Shown here: piece after piece, positions 1 to 8,823 of the stretch | Layout of the letters: each line of letters opens with the position of its first letter | Position numbering within the stretch: position 1 is the stretch's first letter | Assembly (NCBI GenBank): GCA_050950825.1 | Contig: JBMNIH010000003.1 | Coordinates: 192,001-256,000, forward strand | Length of the DNA stretch: 64,000 nt | From: Clostridia bacterium | GTDB taxonomy: Bacteria > Bacillota > Clostridia > JAAYHZ01 | Direction: 5' to 3' | Program-made: the position numbers and the translations under genes | The notes under the pieces: generated by a model | Told to the model about the DNA's origin: nothing | Database searches by the model: none | What the model saw: only the letters and a program-made list of their open reading frames with translations

Positions 1-722
1 ACTTTAGCCAAGCGGACAAGGATAAAGAAAAAGTCGTGATCCGTCCGAATATTTCTTTAGGCTGCTCCACGATTAACAGCATGGACGAATCCATCGGCAC
101 GGCATATCGGAACGCGGAAGCCGATATGTATCGCCAAAAATTCAGTAACAAGAAGAAGAACCTTGCAAAATTAATGTCCAACATTAAGAGCATTATGTTT
201 GAACGCACCTTGGAAACCCAAGAGCATATCGATCGGCTTTTAGGGTTAGGCCGAAGATTGGGCAAAGCCTTGAATTTGTTTGAAGAAGACCTTCAAGACC
301 TGGAATTGGTGTGTATGTTCCACGATATCGGCAAGATGAAAATCGACAAAAATATTCTGTCCAAAACGGAGCCTTTGACGGACCTGGAGCTGGCGGAGCT
401 GCGCAAATATCCGGAAACCGGCTACCGTATCGCCTTGGCGACCCCCGAGCTTTTCCCCGTAGCCGACTATATCTTATGCATTCATGAATATTGGGACGGA
501 ACGGGCTATCCGAGATGCTTGTCCGGTCAAAACATTCCTTTCTTGTCCCGCGTATTCGCCGTGATAAACGCTTACGATGCCATGACCCACGACCGTCCCT
601 ACCGAAAAGCGTTGACCCACGAAGAAGCCTTGGAGCAAATCCGTCTTCAAAAAGGTACCCGCTACGATCCCTGCATTGTGGATGCTTTCCTTGGAATGTT
701 CCAAACCACCGCAATCGAATAA
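1..722 (+). CDS. GGDEF/HD-GYP c-di-GMP phosphodiesterase, 5'-truncated by the window edge
   Basis: HDIGK and HEYWDGTGYP motifs, YDAMTHDRPYRKA; tail of a GGDEF domain (AEADMY) at the N-terminus. Confidence 0.85.
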   Translation, partial: FSQADKDKEKVVIRPNISLGCSTINSMDESIGTAYRNAEADMYRQKFSNKKKNLAKLMSNIKSIMFERTLETQEHIDRLLGLGRRLGKALNLFEEDLQDLELVCMFHDIGKMKIDKNILSKTEPLTDLELAELRKYPETGYRIALATPELFPVADYILCIHEYWDGTGYPRCLSGQNIPFLSRVFAVINAYDAMTHDRPYRKALTHEEALEQIRLQKGTRYDPCIVDAFLGMFQTTAIE

Positions 723-825
723 TACAACTTTCTTGTCGAAAAAGATAATTGTTTCGGTTGACTTTTCTTTTTCTCAATCATATAATAGCTTAAAATTTAT
801 TTTGACGCACGAATTTTACATATGT

Positions 826-1102
826 AAAAGACTGTGACGGGGACTAGTAAATCCGCTTACTCCTGACAGAGAGCCGCCGGACGGTGAAAGGCGGCGGGTA
901 AAACGATTGAATCTCACCCCTGAGTCTCCGGCTGAAATCCCCCGAGGAGAGTATGCTCGGACGGTTGTCACCGTTATTTAAGACTAGGTTATGGTTGTAA
1001 CCGAAGACGAGTGAAAGATATGTTTATATCTTTAAATAGAGTGGTACCGCGAAAGTAAAGGCCTTTCGTCTCTATAATTGGATAGGGATGAAAGGCTTTT
1101 TT
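826..1102 (+). promoter_or_regulatory. Leucine T-box riboswitch with intrinsic terminator
   Basis: AGTA, AGAGAG and GGTGAAA stem-I motifs; GAA-T-CTC Leu specifier (913-915); T-box AATAGAGTGGTACCGCG (1035-1051); hairpin plus T-run 1057-1102; upstream of leuA. Confidence 0.92.
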
Positions 1103-1137
1103 AATTCCCCGAATATATCAACTTTAGGAGGATGAGT

Positions 1138-2718
1138 ATGAAACGAATACTAATTTTTGACACGACATTAAGAGACGGCGAGCAGGTGCCGGGAGCCAAA
1201 TTGGATCTTCCCCGGAAGATCAAGATTGCCAAGCAGCTCGAAGCCCTTAATGTGGACTACATCGAAGCCGGATTCCCTGCATCTTCCAAAGGGGATTTTG
1301 ATGCAGTGAAAAACGTTGCACTGGCCATCGGCGAAAACGGCCCCGTGGTCACTGCTTTGGCACGAGCCAATAAAAACGATATCGACGCCGTTTACAACAG
1401 CGTGAAATATGCAAAAAAACCCATGATCCATATGGTTTTAGGAACATCCGATATTCACGTAGAGAAAAAGTTTGCAAAATCCAAAGAGGAAATATTGAAC
1501 TTGGGCGTAGAGGCGGTAAAATACGCGAAAACGTTGCTGCCGGACGTTCAATACTCTACGGAGGATGCATCCCGTTCGGACTTCGAGTATTTGTGGCAAA
1601 CCGTAGAGGCCGTGGTGAAGGCCGGCGCTACCATTGTCAACATACCGGATACGGTGGGATATGCGGTTCCCGAAGAATTCGGAGAAATGATCCGTAAAAT
1701 CCACGACCGGCTGATGAATTTGAACGACAAGGTGATTTTGAGCGTCCACTGCCACAACGATACCGGCTTGGCTGTAGCCAATACGTTGGCGGCCATTAAA
1801 AACGGAGCCACCAAAGTGGAGTGTACCGTCAACGGAATCGGCGAAAGAGCCGGAAACGCCGCCTTGGAAGAAGTGGTCATGGGAATCAAGGTTCGCCAAA
1901 ACTATTACGACGCCTATACCTGTGTCAATACCCGTGAAATCAAGAAAACATCCCGATTGGTCAGCAACCTGATGGGCTTGGACGTTCAAGTAAACAAGGC
2001 CATCACCGGAGATAACGCCTTTGCCCATTCCTCCGGAATTCATCAGGACGGGTTGTTGAAATCCAGAGACGTTTATGAAATCATTCGCCCGGAAGACGTG
2101 GGCGTGGAAGACATGGAATTGGTGCTGACGGCTCGTTCGGGACGCCACGCGGTGAGAAACGCGTTGGAAAAGATGGGCTTCGACTCCATATCCGACGAAA
2201 CCTTCGCCCGAATCCACGAAAAGTTTTTGGAATTGGCGGACAAAAAGAAAGAAGTCTACTACCACGATTTGTACTATTTGATGGAAAAGGACTTCATTCA
2301 AGAATTCCATCTGCTCCAGGAAAACGGCAAAACCGTGGACTTGTATGAGTTCGTCGATTTTCAGGTTATAAGCAACAACATTTATCCTTCCGCTACGGTT
2401 ACATTGAAGAAAGGAAAAGACACCTTTACCGAAAGCACCGTAGGAGACGGTCCTATCGACGCCATGTACACCGCGTTGAAGAAGATCGTGGGAATGGATT
2501 TGCTCCTCACGGAATACAAGATCAACAGCATCTCCCAAGGGAAGGAAGCGTTAGGAAGGGCCTCCATACGTGTGCAGCACGAGGGAAAGAGCTATACCGC
2601 AAGAGCTGTGGACACCGACATTATCAAGGCCAGCGCCGTAGCGTACATCAATGTAATCAACAAAATTCTGCTGGAGCAAGCCCAGCTCAGCAACGGGAAC
2701 GGTCACAACGGACATTAA
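1138..2718 (+). CDS. leuA: 2-isopropylmalate synthase
   Basis: DTTLRDGEQ, HCHND, GIGERAGN motifs, C-terminal regulatory domain (GDGPIDA); AGGAGG RBS; Leu T-box upstream. Confidence 0.92.
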   Translation: MKRILIFDTTLRDGEQVPGAKLDLPRKIKIAKQLEALNVDYIEAGFPASSKGDFDAVKNVALAIGENGPVVTALARANKNDIDAVYNSVKYAKKPMIHMVLGTSDIHVEKKFAKSKEEILNLGVEAVKYAKTLLPDVQYSTEDASRSDFEYLWQTVEAVVKAGATIVNIPDTVGYAVPEEFGEMIRKIHDRLMNLNDKVILSVHCHNDTGLAVANTLAAIKNGATKVECTVNGIGERAGNAALEEVVMGIKVRQNYYDAYTCVNTREIKKTSRLVSNLMGLDVQVNKAITGDNAFAHSSGIHQDGLLKSRDVYEIIRPEDVGVEDMELVLTARSGRHAVRNALEKMGFDSISDETFARIHEKFLELADKKKEVYYHDLYYLMEKDFIQEFHLLQENGKTVDLYEFVDFQVISNNIYPSATVTLKKGKDTFTESTVGDGPIDAMYTALKKIVGMDLLLTEYKINSISQGKEALGRASIRVQHEGKSYTARAVDTDIIKASAVAYINVINKILLEQAQLSNGNGHNGH

Positions 2719-2813
2719 TAAATAAGAAGCATAAAAAGGCGGGCCTTTGAGGGTGCGTCTTAGGGATTTTCAATCCCGGAAATTATCGGCATAGTTTGGT
2801 ATCTATTTACCGG

Positions 2814-3930
2814 CTATGCCGATTTTTCATTCTTGGTGGATGTGGAAGCCGGCGGCTCAAACTCGCCAATGCAATTCCATACAATTTTGATACACTGTAC
2901 CCGCCTGCCATCAATGCGCTCTGCTTTGTACACATAGATTTTTTCAACAAACTCACGGATTATTTCCGCTGTGAGTTCCTTTATGTCGGTGTACTTTCTT
3001 ACTAGAGATAGAAGCCGTCAACATTGAGAGCACTTTCCTTTTCCTCTGTCATAATGGATTGTAGTTCGGCTACTCTGTTTTCAAGGGTATGCTGTTCAGC
3101 TTCATAGTTTGCGCTCATCTTGGCGAATCGCTCGTCGGATATCTTGCCCTCGATATTATCTTCATAAAGCTTTTGTATAATTTCATCCAACTTTTTGATA
3201 CGAGCCTGTGACTGTTCTAATTCTCGTTTGCAATCACGCAAACTTTTATCAAGCTCTGTCCTTGTTTTCTTGGTTACTAATTCCACAAACTCATGCTCAT
3301 AATTTCCGGCAAAAGCTGTCACCTTACGAATACCGTCAAGAGGTAATTCCTCTACTACCACATTGCGTATCCGGTGTGAACTACAGCCACCTTTTATCTT
3401 ACGATAAGTAGCACATACAAAATATTCCTTCTCATGCTCCCAATCACGTCCACGCACTTGATATATTTTATTCCCACAATCAGCACAGAACATCATACCG
3501 GAGAGAAGAGGCATTTCACCCATCGGAGTGAGCCTGCGTCTGCCATCTCTGATTCTTTGTACCACTTCAAATACAGACTCCTCAATAATAGCTTCGTGGG
3601 TGTTTTTAAAAATCATCCATTTTGACGGATCATTCTTCATTTGCTTTTTTTTCGATAGGTTTTGAAATTAACCGTATGTCCTAAATACTCCTGCCTTGAA
3701 AGCATATGAACGATAGTGCTATCTCGCCAAATATAATCATCATCATGACCTCTGTTGTCCGGAACATTAATACCATTACTTTTTGCATGAGCAGTAGGAT
3801 TCGTAATTCCACGCTTAGTGAATTCCTTGGCTATCTGTGAAGGACCATACCCTTGCATACATAAGTGAAATGCCTCACGCACAACTTTAGCTGCTTCTTC
3901 ATCAACAATCCAATGGGTTTTATCTGTAGG
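2814..3930 (-). pseudogene. Large serine recombinase (TnpX/TndX-like; recombinase, Zn-ribbon and DUF4368-like regions), 5'-truncated and frameshifted
   Basis: Fragments DEEAAKVVREAF, YLGHTVNFKT, NTHEAII, LSGMMFCADCG; shifted C-terminus IKIVWNCIGEF ending at TAG 2814; no N-terminal catalytic domain. Confidence 0.85.
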
Positions 3931-3985
3931 TAAATTTGGGGTAGAACTACTCCGAGTTTATGATGTGCTTTTTGGGGAATAGCAT

Positions 3986-4759
3986 TTATCTTTCAATTAG
4001 TAATAATAACAAAGATGGGATATGCATGTAGCATCCGGTTATTCGATAAAGAGAGATGCCATGATCGTTTTTTATTTCGACCGGGATGTTTTCAAGAACT
4101 TTCATTACATCATTTTCAGTAAGCTTAGATTTTTCTGCGATATCTGCAAGGGAAACATACACATTAAAATCATGTACTGTTAAATCATATAATGCATATA
4201 AAACTTTTAATACATTTCTATCGCACAATCTTTCTAAAGATAGATATAAATCGCGTATTTGTGCCGGTGTCGGTGACTGATATGACGCACCATCAGAAAT
4301 AAATACTCCGTTTCCGGCAAATACTGTTGTACCATCAGGTTCTGAGCATGCAGAAAAACCCCATCGATATGGCTGATCTTCTAATCCGTGATTTTTATCT
4401 GTATCCCATGGAATATAGCTTTTGTAGCCTCGAGTACAGGCAACCTCATGTAATAGAATTCCTAAGCGAAAAGCATTATGAAACGCTGTTTCAGCAGGGG
4501 CAGCTTGAAATAGAGACTTTATTTTTAAATAAACATTTTCAAAGGTATCTACCTTTCTGTACCCCATTAGTTCATCAATGCTAACCCCAAATAGTTTAGC
4601 AAGTTCAGGTAGAAGTTGAATATCAGGACAGCATTGAGATGCCTCCCATTTGGATACTGCTTGATTGGTCACCCCAAGTGCATTTGCCAATTCTTCTTGA
4701 GTCATATTTTTCTGACGGCGAAGAAAGGCTATTTGTTCATTTAATTTAATTCCTTCCAT
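3986..4759 (-). CDS. XRE-family HTH transcriptional regulator with C-terminal extension
   Basis: LRRQKNMTQEELANALGVTNQAVSKWE...PDIQLLPELAKLFGVSIDELMG; AT-rich DNA. Confidence 0.85.
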   Translation of the reverse strand: MEGIKLNEQIAFLRRQKNMTQEELANALGVTNQAVSKWEASQCCPDIQLLPELAKLFGVSIDELMGYRKVDTFENVYLKIKSLFQAAPAETAFHNAFRLGILLHEVACTRGYKSYIPWDTDKNHGLEDQPYRWGFSACSEPDGTTVFAGNGVFISDGASYQSPTPAQIRDLYLSLERLCDRNVLKVLYALYDLTVHDFNVYVSLADIAEKSKLTENDVMKVLENIPVEIKNDHGISLYRITGCYMHIPSLLLLLIER

Positions 4760-5224
4760 ATTGATCTCCTTGTACTTATTCTGTAGCAGCTACAACTTTA
4801 TTATAAGACTTAGATATTTAAACTCAATAACTCATTGGTTTGAATATACATAAAATCATCCAACTTAAGGTTGGATGAAAGCCTAGGATGTATAGGGATT
4901 TTTCGATTTACAATAATTCTATGGATTGCTATCAAGGTCTTGATTTTCTTAGTAATCAAAAGCGAATACGCTATTCTTAATTAATATGATATTTACGTTA
5001 TTGAAATCAGAATAGGAGAGTAGTAAACCGTGCTTGGCTTTTGGGTAGAGATATAAATTTGGAGGGTGATAATTGATTTACCCTTTGCTATTTAGTTGAT
5101 TTATGATTACAGCCGGTGTAAACCAGCTGTATATTTTACAGTGCAGTCTTTATTGTTAATCCTCCGCTTGAAGAGAGCGATTAACAATTTACATATTTTC
5201 ATTAATCCCTAAGTCCGGCAGCCT

Positions 5225-6052
5225 TTACGGTCTGCCTTTTTTCAAGCCGGTTACGATTTTGTTTCCTACGGCGGAGGCGGCGTACATCAAGGCTCCTAAA
5301 AGGACGATCACGGCCCCCGAGGGTACATTCAAAAGATAGGACAAGGCCAAGCCTCCCAAACACATGACCATGCCGCATAAAGCGGCGTAAATCATCATCC
5401 GATTGAATTTAAACGTAAAAATCCGAACGATGGAGGCGGGTATCGTTAAAAGGGCAATGACCAAAATGATCCCGACGACTCGGATCAGTACCGTAACGGA
5501 CAGGGCGATGAAAACATACAGCACATAGTCCGCCAGATCGGTAGGAATACCGTTTAACCGAGCGAATTCCTTGTCGAATAAATAGGTTTTCAAGGGTTGG
5601 AAAAAGGGTATCAAAAAAGCGAACAAAATGACGATTAAAATGCCGGTCATCCAAAGGTCGGTTTTCGAAACGGTTAAGATGTCTCCGAAAAGATACGAAT
5701 CCAAGGAGGGAGGATATCCGGGCGTCAAAGAAACGAATAAAATCCCTAACGACATTCCCAAAGGCCACACCATGCCGGCAAGGGTATCCTCATTGGTTTT
5801 GACGTTGTGATTGGTATATGCCATACCGAAAGCGGACAGCAAAGCGGTAAACATAGCCCCGATTATGGGTTCGATTCCGATTAAGTAGCCTAATCCCACA
5901 CCGCCGAAGCAGGCATGGGAAATGCCTCCCGCCATCATCACCAATTTCTTTTCCACGATAACGGTACCTATGATACCGCAGACGATGCTGGCCAATACGG
6001 CGCTTAGGATCGCATTTTGCATAAAGGTATATTTCAATACGACGTCAAGCAT
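5225..6052 (-). CDS. znuB: Zn/Mn ABC transporter permease
   Basis: ISHACFGG, YLFGDIL, VGIILVIALLTIPA; multiple TM segments. Confidence 0.88.
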   Translation of the reverse strand: MLDVVLKYTFMQNAILSAVLASIVCGIIGTVIVEKKLVMMAGGISHACFGGVGLGYLIGIEPIIGAMFTALLSAFGMAYTNHNVKTNEDTLAGMVWPLGMSLGILFVSLTPGYPPSLDSYLFGDILTVSKTDLWMTGILIVILFAFLIPFFQPLKTYLFDKEFARLNGIPTDLADYVLYVFIALSVTVLIRVVGIILVIALLTIPASIVRIFTFKFNRMMIYAALCGMVMCLGGLALSYLLNVPSGAVIVLLGALMYAASAVGNKIVTGLKKGRP

Positions 6053-6803
6053 GGTTGTGCTCCTCGTGTTTCGGTAAAATTAGTCGGGGTATATTTCCGT
6101 GAGAAATGAGCTCGATAGGAGATCCGTAGACCTTTTCCAGTTCTTCTCCGTTCATTTCGCTTTTATCGTGGTGATACACGTGTTTATTCACGCACAGCAG
6201 CGTTTTGAAATACGAAGAAATGATGGACGTATTATGAGAGACCATAATAACGGTCTTCTCTTTGTTCAATTCCTTCAATAGGTCGTAGATCTCGATTTCG
6301 GATTTTGCATCGATATTGGAAACGGGCTCGTCCAATATGAGGATGGGGGGATCCGCCACCACCGCACGGGCGATCATCACCTTCTGAAGCTGTCCTCCGG
6401 ACAAGCTGTTAATTCTTCTGTCCTTTAAATGCTCAATCCCTAACTTCGCCATGGCTTCACAAGCCAATTTTTGATCTTGCCGATTGAATCTTACGTAGGG
6501 AAATGCTTTCTTGGTCAAAAGCCCCATCAAGACCGTCTCTTCCACGCTGACCGGAAAATCTTTTCCGAAGGTGGTAAACTGAGGCACATAGCCGAAGGGA
6601 TTTTTATGGTCCGTTCGTATATCCACGGTACCGGTTTCCGGCTTTTTTAAGCCCAACAGGATTTTGATCAAGGTGCTTTTTCCCCCGCCGTTGGGTCCGA
6701 TGATCCCGGTAAAATCCTTTTCTTCGATTTCAAAATTCACGTTCTCCAAGGCGCAAAAGTCTCCGTACCATGCGGAAACGTTTTTTACTTTTATAATCTT
6801 CAT
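6045..6803 (-). CDS. znuC: Zn/Mn ABC transporter ATPase
   Basis: GPNGGGKST, LSGGQ, ILDEP; His-rich tail. Confidence 0.88.
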   Translation of the reverse strand: MKIIKVKNVSAWYGDFCALENVNFEIEEKDFTGIIGPNGGGKSTLIKILLGLKKPETGTVDIRTDHKNPFGYVPQFTTFGKDFPVSVEETVLMGLLTKKAFPYVRFNRQDQKLACEAMAKLGIEHLKDRRINSLSGGQLQKVMIARAVVADPPILILDEPVSNIDAKSEIEIYDLLKELNKEKTVIMVSHNTSIISSYFKTLLCVNKHVYHHDKSEMNGEELEKVYGSPIELISHGNIPRLILPKHEEHNHA

Positions 6804-7690
6804 TTTGATCCTTCGCTTTCTAACAAGGCATCGGCAATGTCGATCAGGTTTTGGGGAAAGCTTGAGGATAAAGGATCGATCATCCTTGTTTTCCCTCCGA
6901 TCTCCGACGCCACTATTTCCGCTTGTTTCTTATCGTGCTCCGCTTGGTAGAAAACCGTTTTGATTCCTTTGCTTTTTGCGTAATCCACCACATCTCCCAG
7001 TTGCTTGATGGAGGCTTCCTTACCGTGCTCCTCTACGGCAATCATGGTCAGCCCATACTCGTCGGCAAAATACCCTAATGCGGGATGGTAGATGATAAAT
7101 TCCTTACTCTTTAGCTTTTCAATGGTCTCTCGTATCGTTTCATCCGTTTCGTCCAAAAGCTTTTGAAAATCCTCCGCATTGCGCCGGTAGTCGGAGGCAT
7201 GGTCCGGGTCGATGCGAATTAGCCGTTCTTTGATGACATCCGTCATGATCTTCACCCTTTTGATAGACAGCCAAACATGGGGATCCCGTTCTCCTTCGAC
7301 GGTCAAATCGGGATAGGATTTGGCCGCTTCTTCATGAAGGTTTATAATCGTCAAATCCCGATTCAATTGAAGGGCCTTCGGTTTGATATTCGCTTCTTCC
7401 GCCGGAACACCTAAGGAAAAATAGAGAAGGGAGTCTTCCAAAGAGCTTAAGATTCCGGGAGAAGGCTCGTAGCTTTCGGGACTGCTCCCCGGAGGAATGA
7501 GGGTGACGATTTGTACATGGTCTTTTGCGATCGCCTCCACCACGGACTTTAATGGAGGTATGGAAACGGCTACCGTGATCTTATCCGTATCTTCCGTCGT
7601 TTTTTGGCATCCGAAAAAAAAGACCATAGCTACAAACGTTATGAACATCAAAAACCCTTTCGTTTTTCTTAATGGCATCATCCTTGTCAT
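6800..7690 (-). CDS. znuA: Zn/Mn ABC transporter substrate-binding lipoprotein
   Basis: SPESYEP, DPHVWLS, YHPALGYFA; lipobox-like FFGC. Confidence 0.88.
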   Translation of the reverse strand: MTRMMPLRKTKGFLMFITFVAMVFFFGCQKTTEDTDKITVAVSIPPLKSVVEAIAKDHVQIVTLIPPGSSPESYEPSPGILSSLEDSLLYFSLGVPAEEANIKPKALQLNRDLTIINLHEEAAKSYPDLTVEGERDPHVWLSIKRVKIMTDVIKERLIRIDPDHASDYRRNAEDFQKLLDETDETIRETIEKLKSKEFIIYHPALGYFADEYGLTMIAVEEHGKEASIKQLGDVVDYAKSKGIKTVFYQAEHDKKQAEIVASEIGGKTRMIDPLSSSFPQNLIDIADALLESEGSK

Positions 7691-7896
7691 TTCTCCCTTA
7701 CCGAATTTTTCGGTCTCTTCTTGTTTCGTGTCTTACCATTATAATTCGCAATGAAGTATATGTCAATTATTTCATATTTTTATAGCCCCCATCCTCTCTC
7801 TGCAATTCCCTTTTCCCGAAGATCAAATAAAAACGATATGCTTTTACACATACCGTTTTTAATCCTATTATTCATTGTCTCACATACACGTTTCGG

Positions 7897-8493
7897 CTAT
7901 TCCGCCGCTTCCGTATCTTCGGTCTTCGTATCTTCCGTATCTACCGTATCCTCCGTGCCGAGGACGAGAACGGAAGCGATTACATGGTCTTCCGGCGTTT
8001 CGATGACAACGCTAGGTATTTTCTCAAGATCCTTTACCAAAATAACGTCTCCCGCCTGAAGACCGGACACATCCATTGTATATTTTTCCGGAATATCGGA
8101 AAGAGGGCCCTTTACCTTAATATGAGGCAAATCGATTTGTAAGAACAGTTTGCGATTTTCCAATGCACTTCTTCCGGTGGGCACAAAGGGCACTTCTATT
8201 GTCACTTCTTCGTTTGCTGCGGCAACTTGAATCTGAAGATGCTGAATATCACCTCGAACCGGGTCCGTTTTCACCTCTTTCAATACCCCGGTATACACTT
8301 GACCGTTTAGGGACAAAGAAATAATTCCCGTATTCCCTTTGGTTCGAATCAGGCGATGGACGTCATTGGCTTGCAATTGAATGGATTTGCTAGGAACCGT
8401 TTTACCGTATATGACAGCAGGAACAAATCCCGCTTTTCGCACCTTATACCCTTTCTCCGTCCTCTCTATAGCTGCCAAGGCTTCTATACTCAT
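7897..8493 (-). CDS. rplY: 50S ribosomal protein L25/Ctc
   Basis: RKAGFVPAVIYG, DVSGLQAGDVILVKDL; acidic tail. Confidence 0.88.
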   Translation of the reverse strand: MSIEALAAIERTEKGYKVRKAGFVPAVIYGKTVPSKSIQLQANDVHRLIRTKGNTGIISLSLNGQVYTGVLKEVKTDPVRGDIQHLQIQVAAANEEVTIEVPFVPTGRSALENRKLFLQIDLPHIKVKGPLSDIPEKYTMDVSGLQAGDVILVKDLEKIPSVVIETPEDHVIASVLVLGTEDTVDTEDTKTEDTEAAE

Positions 8494-8695
8494 AACGCAT
8501 ACCTCCTATTCTATGTCGTAATGGTATATGACCGATTAGCTATATAGTCCGTCGGCTATATGGCTATTATTTACAACAAAGTATAGCACCCGCAAGTGGA
8601 AAAGTCAAATTTACAGATAATAACATGCAAAATGTTTGTTCTTTTTTCGGTATAAAAATTTTTTGATTTTTTTAAAATAATTTAACATTCTTTTT

Positions 8696-8713
8696 AATGA
8701 ATTATTATTCAAT
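8696..8713 (+). promoter_or_regulatory. ArgR (ARG) box overlapping the carB promoter
   Basis: AATGAATTATTATTCAAT fits WNTGAATWWWWATTCANW; TATAAT at 8720-8725; weaker box at 8768-8785. Confidence 0.7.
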
Positions 8714-8823
8714 TTGTTGTATAATATCCAAAGCAAAAACGGATTTACGATTGTTATTTATACATTTAATGCATAAATATAACATCTGTATCGAAAAGAA
8801 GAAATCGGACGGAGGAATGTTAC

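Noticed and set aside
1438-2538. Long antisense ORFs (also 40458-41147, 25792-26457, 193-777)
   Set aside because: Shadows of well-supported genes on the opposite strand, with no motifs of their own
7700-7790. Zur box upstream of znuA
   Set aside because: No convincing palindrome found
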